DNA of 64,000 bases, from the NCBI GenBank assembly GCA_964035575.1, contig OZ037835.1, forward strand, positions 310,001-374,000, written 5' to 3'. This DNA is from Rhynchopus sp. YZ270_cl-10 (taxonomy: Eukaryota). Shown here one piece after another: positions 30,165 to 40,284 of this stretch; the stretch's first letter is position 1, and each line of letters opens with the position of its first letter. Both the position numbers and the translations under genes were made by a program. The notes under the pieces are model-generated. The model did no database searches and was not told where the DNA came from. It saw only the letters and a program-made list of their open reading frames with translations.

Positions 30165-31331
30165 TTACATGCACACACATTCGCAACCGACCGTTTTCAC
30201 ATCTCGGCTACGCAATGCATGTTTTGACACAACTCTGCTCGATCCGGTGGCATTGACGTTGCTAGCTGGTATCGTGCATCCTTCCAGGAAGCCGATGCCT
30301 ATGTGATGCACACTCGTCCACCCAGACATGTCAAGTGTCGTCAATGAGTGGCAGTTGTGGAGAAAGAAGTACTCAATGCTCGCCACATTGTTCCACCCAG
30401 ATACGTTAAGTGCTGTCAACGAGGTGCAGTTGGAGAGGAAAGAGGAGCCGATGTACGTAACATTGTTCCACCCAGACAAATCTAGGGTTCGTAGCGCCCT
30501 GCAGTCGGCGAGAAAGGAGGGGTTCAGGCGTCGCACAGTGTTCCACCCAGACAAATCAAGTGTAGTTAACCCGCTGCAGTCGGAGAGGAAGCCGTTATCA
30601 ATTTGCATCACATTGTTCCACCCAGTCAAGTCAACAGTCTGCAATGACCTGCAGTGGGAGAGGAACCTCTGTGCAATTTGCGTCACATTGCCCCATCCGG
30701 TGAAGTCGACTGTCCGCAACGACCTGCAGTGGTACAGGAAGAAGTTTCCAATGTGAGTCACATTGTTCCACCCAGATATGTTAAGTGTCGTCATCGCAGT
30801 GCAGTGGGAAAGAAAGGAGCCTCCAATGTGCGTCACATTGCTCCACCCGGATAAATCAACAGTGTGCAGTGAGGTGCAGCTTAGCAGGAAGTCGTCACCT
30901 ACATGAGTAACAACTGACACATTGCTGAAATCAACTTCTGCTAAAAAAGTGCTCACCCACCTGTCCCCTTCCAAGAATTTATCGGGAATCTCAGTAACAA
31001 CTTCTGCCTGCAGAAACAAATGAACCAGCTTGGGATCTGTCAGACCTTCGAACCTCTCTCTTGTCAGCCTTGTCTCACCCAAGTCACGAAGAGCTGCAAT
31101 GGCGTCGTCCTTCTGCGACTTCGTCTTCTTCGTCAGCACAACTGTGTCCCCAGCACTCAGCTGCGTGATGTGGTCTTCGGCCATCACCTTCCCTCCGAAG
31201 CTCATGTCAAAGCCGTCTTCGCGCAACTCTGCTGCAGACGCCACCTTCCGCCGTATGTCCGCAGTTGTATCATCCACACCCACATCGACTGTGTACTTCT
31301 CTCCGTCAAAGCTCTCCGCACATATTTCCAT
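30165..31331 (-). CDS. Divergent UBL + BspA-type LRR protein with CaaX (388 aa)
   Basis: Start set at MEICAESFDG by alignment to paralogs; FGGK and ITQLSAGDT conserved; 9 x 25-aa LxTxDLSGWNNVTxIxxxFLxxC; ends GCECVCM*. Confidence 0.85.
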   Translation of the reverse strand: MEICAESFDGEKYTVDVGVDDTTADIRRKVASAAELREDGFDMSFGGKVMAEDHITQLSAGDTVVLTKKTKSQKDDAIAALRDLGETRLTRERFEGLTDPKLVHLFLQAEVVTEIPDKFLEGDRWVSTFLAEVDFSNVSVVTHVGDDFLLSCTSLHTVDLSGWSNVTHIGGSFLSHCTAMTTLNISGWNNVTHIGNFFLYHCRSLRTVDFTGWGNVTQIAQRFLSHCRSLQTVDLTGWNNVMQIDNGFLSDCSGLTTLDLSGWNTVRRLNPSFLADCRALRTLDLSGWNNVTYIGSSFLSNCTSLTALNVSGWNNVASIEYFFLHNCHSLTTLDMSGWTSVHHIGIGFLEGCTIPASNVNATGSSRVVSKHALRSRDVKTVGCECVCM

Positions 31332-31931
31332 GGTTTTGTGTCTCTCTGTTTTGTGGCATTTTTGTTGGATGGGACAAGAACAAACACGGGCACGTTGATC
31401 GGGCATAATGCTCCACGACCCACTCAGTATGAATGCGTCCTCCCTTCGCGCTTTACTATGCACAAAAAGGTGTTATGCTGTATTGTACTGTGGGAGGCAA
31501 GGCTGCGGCTGGCTAACCACTGACAGCACACTTCCCCGCAGAGTGTGGCAAGAATGTGAACGCAAAAACTGTGCATACTTTTTTGCTTTTAAAAAAATCG
31601 AGCTAAGATGGAAATCTTAACGTACACCACTCGGAGTTCTAAAATGGGGGAGGGGAGGGGAGGGAGGGAAAACTGCATTATAAACGACCCTATTTACCCT
31701 GAAGTACAGAAATCAGGTAGTTAAAAGGGGAGAAAAACTACGGGGTGTCAATAGCTATCATTCACCTCACACAAGGAAAAACGGGAAACAAAACAAAGAG
31801 AGAGTTTGTTAGTTGTACCCTGCCAATGGGTAGCGCACCAATGTTTTGGTTGTTTTGTACTTTTTTATTGGGACTCGTCCACAAGATCTGTAGGACTTTC
31901 TCTATCGAAAACCTGAAATCCCCCATTTTGT

Positions 31932-34286
31932 TCACGCCCCCTTTCCATGGAGAAGCTTGCGTTCGTAAGAAAACGAGGCTGCCACGGGTAAACAGTCAGA
32001 CTCAACCATTTCACGTAGGTGTTTTATGACCGCAGCACGCTCTGGGGTCAGCGTGAGCGCAGACACCCTGGCGACAACGTCGCGAGCCTCTTTGACACGC
32101 ACTGCCTTGATGTCCGCACAGAGCTGGATCATCAGCATCGCGACCTTGTCCACCCCGTTGTCCGCCATCTGGTACAGCCACTCCTGGTCCTCATTCATCT
32201 CCTTCGCACCCTCGAAGATGAAGATCACGTCTGGATGCTTCGCGTTGTCGAACTTCACAACGTCGCACACCTCCCACATGTGTGTTATCTCTGTTTGGTC
32301 GCGGATTTTTTTGGTAAAGAGAAGAGGCTTCCGGTGATATGCCCCTAGGGAGGCGAGGAAGAAGGACTGTGCTCGTGTCTCGGTTAGTGTTGCGACAGTG
32401 CGAATGGTGTTGCCGCCGGCACTGCCGGTCATCCCGGGGCCCATGACACAGCCGATGGCAAGCGCGCCAGGGAGAGGGAAGGAGAGGAGGCGTTCGACTG
32501 TCTGCGTGACATTTGTCAGGTTCGCAAAGTTCTCGCGGCCCCAGATGACCGAGAAGCAGTCGCTGCTGATCTGGTCGAGCGTGCCCTTGCAGGATGAAGC
32601 ACTTTCAGAGATGGCCTCAAGCACTATGCAGTGCGCAGCGTGCAGGCGGTCCACGTCTTTATGCTCCATGGGGTAGGCTACTTTGATGGACATCACGGTA
32701 AGGTGCTTCTTGTAGTCAAATGTACGTGACACGGAGTTCAACGCACGCGCCTGTGCCTGCTGTGCAGGCGAGTACACGACGCTACCCCCACGTGTACCAG
32801 TACCGCCACGACTATCGGTCCTTTGTGTGTGTGTGGCGAACGACATAGTCGTCTTATCACTCCCTGCAGAGGAGTCGTCCTGCACAAAGAGCGCCTGCGG
32901 CATGTACGATTTGATCACTTTCATCTGTTTGAGCAACGTGATGAAGGTCAACTGTAAGGTGCGGATTTCTGTCCAGCCAGACATCTCCACGGAATCTTCA
33001 CTCATACGGAACTCAGACAGCAGCTCCAACTCTGCGGCAAGACGGTGAAGGGGCGCAATAAAAAAGTACACCACCACCGCACTTAAAAACGCCTTCACAA
33101 TCAATACCGAGATGTACATCAGCAGCAGCCCCACCTTCGTTTTGTTGATTTCTTCAAGAAACACCGACTCCGGGAGCAGAATGACGACACACCACTTCAA
33201 GTTATTCCTTTCTATTGCACTGATTGATATAAAGTGTTTGTCCCCTGAGACGACCAATGTGTCCGACACACCGCTCATATAGTCCCAAGCACCTACACGC
33301 GACACAACGTAGTCGTGCGATGTCTTTATGTAATCCACTACGCTTTCATTAACAGGAACAAACTGTATGGTTCCCTTGCATGCCACCCCACCAAGCATGG
33401 GGGACGTCTCGAGAGCCGACATCCTGCAGTACAGAAGTGGGGTGTTGTCAGCTGTTCCGATCACCGCCTGCACACCACCTTGCCGCGCAACGTCCTTCAC
33501 ATCGACAACAAACGCCTTATACCCTACAGGCAGCTGCACATTCCTCAACAACTCCCCAGCGAACCCCAGCGCCATATCAATCGTTGTCACCCCCATCAAA
33601 CCACTTCGCGTATATGACACTGTCGACTCCGACAACATTGTGACCGGCGTCTGAGAACCCATCGTGTAAATGGACGTCCACGCTTTGTCATATGGAACGG
33701 AAACATTACACACAGTATACCACTCCTGTTCCGAGCTATTATAGTCTCCCTCCACGTAAAGCAGACGTGGTGTACCCGGCAGGCCTTCGTGCGGTAGTGG
33801 CAGAGTAGTGTTGAAGTCGTACAGTTGTACTTTGCCTGAAGCAGAGGTGTTGCTCGACCAAAACCCCTTATGTACACCAACCGAGTCTGTGTAGACACCA
33901 TGCAGGTGTCCAAGCTTAGTGGTCATGGAGACCGTGGTAATGGATTTTTTATATGCATCTAATTGCGTTTTAAAAACCTGCATGAAATAAGGGACGTCGT
34001 GTTCAGAGAAAAGGTCTGTAGAGAAGATGCGTGCATTGGCGAGGGTGACGGTTTCGGCTACGTCAAGGTGGTGTGTCAGAGCGGTTTTGATGTGCGATCG
34101 GATTTCTGTCATTAGCTTGTCGGATAAATCGTTGACAGCGTCCGTTGCGGAGTCGGAAGAGACCTTCCAAGTGATGATGCCTGATGAATACATACACACC
34201 ATCAAAACGGAGAGCACAAAACGAAGCGAGAAAAGTGTTCGTACAACCACACCACGTTCGTCTGCGAGGATCTCAACATCTTCCAT
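31932..34286 (-). CDS. Receptor-type cyclase-like protein with strongly degenerate cyclase domain (784 aa)
   Basis: TM, dCache-like segment (EQEWYT...AWTSIY...GVTTIDMAL), TM, HAMP (IAPLHRLA...TEIRTLQ), KSYMPQAL, GTLDQISSDCF, EWLYQ. Confidence 0.75.
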   Translation of the reverse strand: MEDVEILADERGVVVRTLFSLRFVLSVLMVCMYSSGIITWKVSSDSATDAVNDLSDKLMTEIRSHIKTALTHHLDVAETVTLANARIFSTDLFSEHDVPYFMQVFKTQLDAYKKSITTVSMTTKLGHLHGVYTDSVGVHKGFWSSNTSASGKVQLYDFNTTLPLPHEGLPGTPRLLYVEGDYNSSEQEWYTVCNVSVPYDKAWTSIYTMGSQTPVTMLSESTVSYTRSGLMGVTTIDMALGFAGELLRNVQLPVGYKAFVVDVKDVARQGGVQAVIGTADNTPLLYCRMSALETSPMLGGVACKGTIQFVPVNESVVDYIKTSHDYVVSRVGAWDYMSGVSDTLVVSGDKHFISISAIERNNLKWCVVILLPESVFLEEINKTKVGLLLMYISVLIVKAFLSAVVVYFFIAPLHRLAAELELLSEFRMSEDSVEMSGWTEIRTLQLTFITLLKQMKVIKSYMPQALFVQDDSSAGSDKTTMSFATHTQRTDSRGGTGTRGGSVVYSPAQQAQARALNSVSRTFDYKKHLTVMSIKVAYPMEHKDVDRLHAAHCIVLEAISESASSCKGTLDQISSDCFSVIWGRENFANLTNVTQTVERLLSFPLPGALAIGCVMGPGMTGSAGGNTIRTVATLTETRAQSFFLASLGAYHRKPLLFTKKIRDQTEITHMWEVCDVVKFDNAKHPDVIFIFEGAKEMNEDQEWLYQMADNGVDKVAMLMIQLCADIKAVRVKEARDVVARVSALTLTPERAAVIKHLREMVESDCLPVAASFSYERKLLHGKGA

Positions 34287-36021
34287 TACGGTGTGGGTTG
34301 GCAGTGCGTGTGGATCTTATCTTCCGAGTATGGGGGGAAAAAAAGTGAAGTTATTGAGTGCAGGCACCTCTGATTGACTGTACGATGCCAGCCCCGGATG
34401 AAGGTGATCTACAGTCAATAACAGAAGGTGTAAAAAGAATAAATAAAAATAATAGTTTGGGTGGAAAAAAGTGGAGGGGGGGAAAAAACGAAAAATTGGT
34501 CGGTTCTGTCTGTATAGCTTTGGAAAGATTGGGTGGGGTTGTGTGGGCGGAAGAGGACGTAGTGAAGTAAAATAAAACATCGCACTTCGGTTCCTTTTTT
34601 TGTTTTGAAAACTTTCAGAGTGTTTTCCAGGATCTGACATTTTTTTTATGATTTTCAAATTTTTCGGTTTCATTTTGTTATATGATTACATGCAATGCTA
34701 AAAGGAAATTGAACACCGTGCCCCTACTCCCTTCCTTTTCCATTTTTCTAATCCGGGGCGGGTTGGAGTAGAGCCACATTTCACCGACAGGTCGAGGTGT
34801 GTGCGTTTCACCACCCCAGCAATTGTGCTCTCTGTTCCTCTCCTGTTACCTACCAGCGTGGTTATCATGCAGGCAGGTTTCACCACAAGCTCTCTTTACT
34901 TTTGTTTATTGCTTTATTGTTTGTGGGGGTGGGGGAAAAACATAAAAAGGAAAAGTAGGAATGTGGTTTAAATTTTTCTCGACTTGATAACGGTACACAT
35001 ACAGATTTACGATTTCAATGAGAAAAAGGGTGTCAATGCTCATGGCAATTTTATTTTTCTTTCCTTCAAAACTACACACACAACGCTTTTAGTTCACACA
35101 AGGTGCCAGGTTCTATGATATGCACGGAACCACCCTGCACCTGTTTGTCATATTGTTTCCCGTGCAATACATGGAGAAACGTTTCGCACTCGAAACTAGG
35201 GCAGGGACGCCAGTATAAACTCATCAGTGTTCTTGTAACAGGACAGAAAAACAGTGCAAGCAGACACGAAAAACATCCGAGCATAAATACAACCGTAATG
35301 CATGAGACCACAGAGCTCTACTGGAGAGACAAGCCCAACTGGCGCACATCTCTTATCACCCGGGATCAACAAGATCTCTACGCAAGCAGAACCAACGCAT
35401 GCGAGAAGCCACAAGAACTCTAACCCTGGAGTCACCCGGATCATCAAGAACTCTGCTCAAGCAGGGTTACCCAGTATTGGCTCATCCATATTCATGTAAC
35501 AGAGCAAGCTGATCAAGCAGGTTAGCCAATGAGGCACTATTTTTAGAAGAAGAAAGCAGGGAGCGGAGGGAGGGAAAGCTTTTTGATAAAAATTAGCGAA
35601 ATACAAAAACCAGCGCGTGTGGAAGAAAAAAGGAGAGGAAACTATTTTTTCTGATTCAAAGTGGTGTTTACGTTTTGGGTACGGGGCGGAGAATAAAATC
35701 TGTTCGATAAAAGAAACGCGAGCTTATTGTTTTATCTTGTTCAAAAAATGGAGCTTCCTGTGTGTAAAACCTCTCTGAGACGCCTCTAGGTATCAGAAAA
35801 GGCCCCAAAGCCACATACTTTCACCCCAGAACCTACTCTCAGGCGGTTTCGGGGTGTTCAGAAGGACTTGGTGGAACTTAGAACCATTGGGGTCAAAACA
35901 GAGCGAGGGTACTTTTGGTGGTGTGGGTCCCACGCCCTTTACAAGATTGCATTGGGCAGAGATTGAAACATGCAAACGTTTTTTATACCACCTCCAACGC
36001 AGCTAACACACAGCTGGGAGG

Positions 36022-37569
36022 TCAAAATCGCGAGGCACGAGAGTTTGCTGCCTCAAGCTCCAAGTACAATACATCAATAAGCACCTGTGCAGCTTCATCG
36101 TCTGCGACGCGCACTCCCGCACCTGCTCTGACCAACATCTTCACAATATCACGTGCTCCTGAAGTGCAAGCAACGTGCAGAGGCGAACGTCCGTCGTTGT
36201 TCTGTGTGTTCACGTCTGCACCTGCATCAACCAACACCTGCACCACGTCTGTATGCTTCTTAAACGCCGCTAAGTGCAACGCAGTGTGGTTGGACGCAGC
36301 TGCTATTGCTATTGATAGGTAATTCACATCCACCTCTGGCAGGCCCACAAGATAGCGAACAATGTCGGTGTGTCCCTGCCACGCCGCAAGCATAAGACAC
36401 GTGCATCCTTGGTTGTCTGTGGCACGCACTCCCGCACCTGCTCTGACCAACATCTTCACAATGTCAAGTTCCCCTGATTTACAAGAAACGTGCAGAGGCG
36501 ACCTTCCCTCGTTGTTCTGTGTGTCCACGTCTGCACCTGCATCAATCAGCACCTGCACAACTTCTGTGCGCTTCATATCCACCGCTTCCTGCAATGCAGT
36601 GTCATGGTAATCATTTCGGCGATTCACATCCACCTCAGGCAAGCACAAAAGATAGCGCACAATCTCAGTGCGTCCTTTATACGCCGCATGCGCAAGACAG
36701 GCGGATCCTCTGGAGTCTGTGACACACACTCCCGCACCTGCTCTGACCAACACCTTCACAACATCGAGCACTCCAGTGATGCAAGCCCACTGCAGAGGCG
36801 AACGATCCTCGAAGTTCATTGCTTCAATGTCTGCACCTGCATCAATCAGCACCTGCACCACGTCTGTGTGCTCCGAAGCAGAGTGCAACGCAGTGAAGCT
36901 TTCATCGTCTCTGTGATTCACTTCCACCTGGAACAAACCCACAAGATAGCGAACAGTCTCGGTGTGTCCAGTATACGTTGCACTGCTAAGACAGGTCTCT
37001 CCGCCGTCATCGGTGTCACGCACTCCCGCACCTGCTTCAACCAACATCTTCACAACGTCAAGTGCTCCAGCACCGCAAGCATAGTGCAGAGGAGGGGCTC
37101 GGCCCGTCGCCTTTGTATGTAAGTCTGACCCTGCATCAATCAAGACACGACACACTGCAGGGTCTGACCACATGGCCGGACAGTCATCCTCCTCACCTGC
37201 GCTGTGTTGGGACTCGTGCCGGACAAACGCCACGTTCTTGCAGACTGACTTCCAATGCTGCAAGAGGACCTGCGTGCACGCAACGTGGTCTGCGTGGACA
37301 CACTCACTCAGCAGACTCCCAAAGTCCATCTGCGTTGTCTCAACATACGGAAGAAGCAGTGTGAGGCATTCATCGTGGTTCCCTCTGCATGCCTCGTGCG
37401 CAGCATCGAAGGCCGCTTTTGTTCTGTCTGGGTTGAACTTCTCAAGGAACGCCCGCACGGCAGTCGTGTCGCCGTTCCTGGCAGCCTCCACGAAGGCCTC
37501 GTCTGCAGAAAGCTGTCTTCTCTTTCGTGGGTTCTCGTCCTGTGTGCTGTCTGCGTGTCGCTTTGGCAT
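36022..37569 (-). CDS. Ankyrin repeat protein, array copy 1 (515 aa)
   Basis: Multiple ankyrin repeats (SPLHxAC...DIVKMLVRAGA); N-terminal KR-x10-RKRR. Confidence 0.9.
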   Translation of the reverse strand: MPKRHADSTQDENPRKRRQLSADEAFVEAARNGDTTAVRAFLEKFNPDRTKAAFDAAHEACRGNHDECLTLLLPYVETTQMDFGSLLSECVHADHVACTQVLLQHWKSVCKNVAFVRHESQHSAGEEDDCPAMWSDPAVCRVLIDAGSDLHTKATGRAPPLHYACGAGALDVVKMLVEAGAGVRDTDDGGETCLSSATYTGHTETVRYLVGLFQVEVNHRDDESFTALHSASEHTDVVQVLIDAGADIEAMNFEDRSPLQWACITGVLDVVKVLVRAGAGVCVTDSRGSACLAHAAYKGRTEIVRYLLCLPEVDVNRRNDYHDTALQEAVDMKRTEVVQVLIDAGADVDTQNNEGRSPLHVSCKSGELDIVKMLVRAGAGVRATDNQGCTCLMLAAWQGHTDIVRYLVGLPEVDVNYLSIAIAAASNHTALHLAAFKKHTDVVQVLVDAGADVNTQNNDGRSPLHVACTSGARDIVKMLVRAGAGVRVADDEAAQVLIDVLYLELEAANSRASRF

Positions 37570-38130
37570 CGTGTGTTTGTGTTGTGTATTGTTGCTGTTA
37601 TTTGTGTTGTGCTTTCATCTTACAAAGGATTCTTCTTCATCTGGACGACGTGCTTTAGTTCACTACGTTTGTACGCCATTTACCGTAAAGAAGGTGCCAC
37701 CAAGCAGAGGGCATCACTGTAGGAAAGACACGCTGAGGCGGTCTTCACTGCAGCATGTGAAGTTGTGTATCAGATGCGATCAACAAAACAGTAAACTACA
37801 CATAAAGACACAAGGCGTGGGTTAGCCCTAATACAGCTTCCTTCGCACTCCCCACCCCCTCCCTGAAGCCCTTTCCTTTCCCCTCTCCCAAAACCCTATT
37901 TGTAGAATACGGTAAGGGACGCTGTACGATGTAACCCCTTCCACGGGTGTTTTTGTCATTGCGTTCTGCGTTTACGTATTTCAGCACATTGCTTCAAGAA
38001 GCCGTCCGTTGATGTGGTCTTCGTCCTGTCGTCACCCACAACCTCTGCACAAAACTATTCTCTCGTCCTGTGCCACCTTGCAACTGAAACACCCCACCAC
38101 CTCCAACGCAGCTAACACACAGCTGGGAGG

Positions 38131-39672
38131 TCACATTCGCGAGGCACGAGAGTTTGCTGCCTCAAGCTCCAAGTACAATACATCAATCAGCATCTGTGCA
38201 GCTTTATCATCTGCAACACGTACTCCCGCACCTGCTCTGACCAACATCTTCACAATGTCAAGTGCTCCTTTTTCTAAAGCAGTGTGAAGAGGCGAACGTC
38301 CCAGGTTGTTCTGTGTGTCGATGTCTGCACCTGCATCAATCAGCACCTGCACTACGTCTGTCCGCTTATAAAACGCTGCTAAGTGCAACGCAGTGTGGTT
38401 GGAAGCAGCTGCTTCTGATTGGTAATTCAGTTCCACCCCTCGCAGGCCCACAAGATAGCGAACAATGTCGGTGTGTCCCTGCCACGTCGCAAGCATAAGA
38501 CATGTGTACCCATCATTGTCTGTGGCACGCACTCCCGCACCTGCTTCAACCAACATCTTCACAATGTCAAGCGCTCCTGAAGTACAAGCAGAGTGCAGAG
38601 ACGAACGTCTCTCGTTGTTCTGTGTGTCCACGTCTGCACCTGCATCAATCAGCACCTGCACAATGTCTGTTTCCTTCATAAACACCGCTTCCTGCAATGC
38701 AGTTTTGTTGTCATCATTTAGGCGATTCACATCCACCTCTGGCAAGCACAGAAGATAGCGCACAGTCTCGGTGTGTCCAAAATAAGCCGCATGCGCAAGA
38801 CAGGCGGATCCTGCCACGTCTGTGACACACACTCCCGCACCTGCTCTGACCAACACCTTCACAACATCGAGCACTCCAGTGATGCAAGCCCACTGCAGAG
38901 GCGAACGATCCTCGAAGTTCATTGCTTCAATGTCTGCACCTGCATCAATCAGCACCTGCACCACGTCTGTGTGCTCCGAAGCAGAGTGCAACGCAGTGAA
39001 GCTTTCATCGTTGCTGTGATTCACTTCCACCTGGAACAAACCCACAAGATAGCGCACAGTCTCGGTGTGTCCATTATACGCCGCACGGTCGAGACAGGTC
39101 TCTCCGCCTTCCTCTGTGGCACGCACTCCTGCACCTGCTTCAACCAACATCTTTACAACGTCAAGTGCTCCTGCACCGCAAGCATAGTGCAGAGGCGAAC
39201 TTCCGTACTGCGCCTTTGTATTTACGTCTGCCCCTGCATCAATCAAGACGCGACACACTGCAGGGTCTGACCACATGGCCGGACAGTCATCCTCCTCACC
39301 TGCGCTGTGTTGGGACTCGTGCCGGACAAACGCCACGTTCTTGCAGACTGACTTCCAATGCTGCAAGAGGACCTGCGTGCACGCAACGTGGTCTGCGTGG
39401 ACACACTCACTCAGCAGACTCCCAAAGTCCATCTGCGTTGTCTCAACATACGGAAGAAGCAGTGTGAGGCATTCATCGTGGTTCCCTCTGCATGCCTCGT
39501 GCGCAGCATCGAAGGCCGCTTTTGTTCTGTCTGGGTTGAACTTCTCAAGGAACGCCCGCACGGCAGTCGTTTCGCCGTTCCTGGCAGCCTCCACGAAGAC
39601 CTCGTCTGCAGAAAGCTGTCTTCTCTTTCGTGGGTTGTCGTCCTGCGTGCTGTCTGCGTGTCGCTTCGGCAT
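38131..39672 (-). CDS. Ankyrin repeat protein, array copy 2 (513 aa)
   Basis: Paralog of copy 1; start set at the shared MPKRH. Confidence 0.9.
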   Translation of the reverse strand: MPKRHADSTQDDNPRKRRQLSADEVFVEAARNGETTAVRAFLEKFNPDRTKAAFDAAHEACRGNHDECLTLLLPYVETTQMDFGSLLSECVHADHVACTQVLLQHWKSVCKNVAFVRHESQHSAGEEDDCPAMWSDPAVCRVLIDAGADVNTKAQYGSSPLHYACGAGALDVVKMLVEAGAGVRATEEGGETCLDRAAYNGHTETVRYLVGLFQVEVNHSNDESFTALHSASEHTDVVQVLIDAGADIEAMNFEDRSPLQWACITGVLDVVKVLVRAGAGVCVTDVAGSACLAHAAYFGHTETVRYLLCLPEVDVNRLNDDNKTALQEAVFMKETDIVQVLIDAGADVDTQNNERRSSLHSACTSGALDIVKMLVEAGAGVRATDNDGYTCLMLATWQGHTDIVRYLVGLRGVELNYQSEAAASNHTALHLAAFYKRTDVVQVLIDAGADIDTQNNLGRSPLHTALEKGALDIVKMLVRAGAGVRVADDKAAQMLIDVLYLELEAANSRASRM

Positions 39673-39806
39673 TGTGTGTTTGTGTTGTGTATTGTTGCTG
39701 TCATTTGTGTTGTATTCATTTAGTGCATGGAAGGCTTCTTTGAAGCAATGTGCAGAACACATTGACAAAAACGTACACATTGAGGGTTAGATTGCGGTAT
39801 TCCTTA

Positions 39807-39906
39807 CCGTATTCGTCAAAATTATAGACCGTACTAATGTTCGACCTTTTCAGGAATTATCTGGAAGTTCGACCTTTAATATGGTCGATGATTTGTACGT
39901 ATACGG
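39807..39906. mobile_element. 100-bp MITE, TA TSD, CCGTA... imperfect 24-bp TIR
   Basis: TA-CCGTATTCGTCAAAATTATAGACC...GGTCGATGATTTGTACGTATACGG-TA; second copy at 46171-46270. Confidence 0.65.
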
Positions 39907-40284
39907 TAAACAGGGTTTTGGGTCTACTGGGTCAGAGGGGGAAAGGAAAGGGCTTCAGGGAGGGGGTGGGGAGTGCGAAGGAAGCTGTATAAGGGCTAAC
40001 CCACGCCTTGTGTCTTTATTTGTAGTTTACTGTTTTGTTGATCGCATCTGATACACAACCCCATGGTCCTTTGAAATGCTCTAAATACAGAGCAAAGAAT
40101 GTATGAACTCTAAGAGTGGCTAGGGCACTGCTTCTTTACGATAAATGGCGTACAAACATAGTGAACTAAAGCACGTCGCCCAGATGAAGAAGAATCCTTT
40201 GTAAGATGAAAGCCTCTCGTCCTGTGCCACCTTGCAACTGAAACACCCCACCACCTCCAACGCAGCTAACACACAGCTGGGAGG

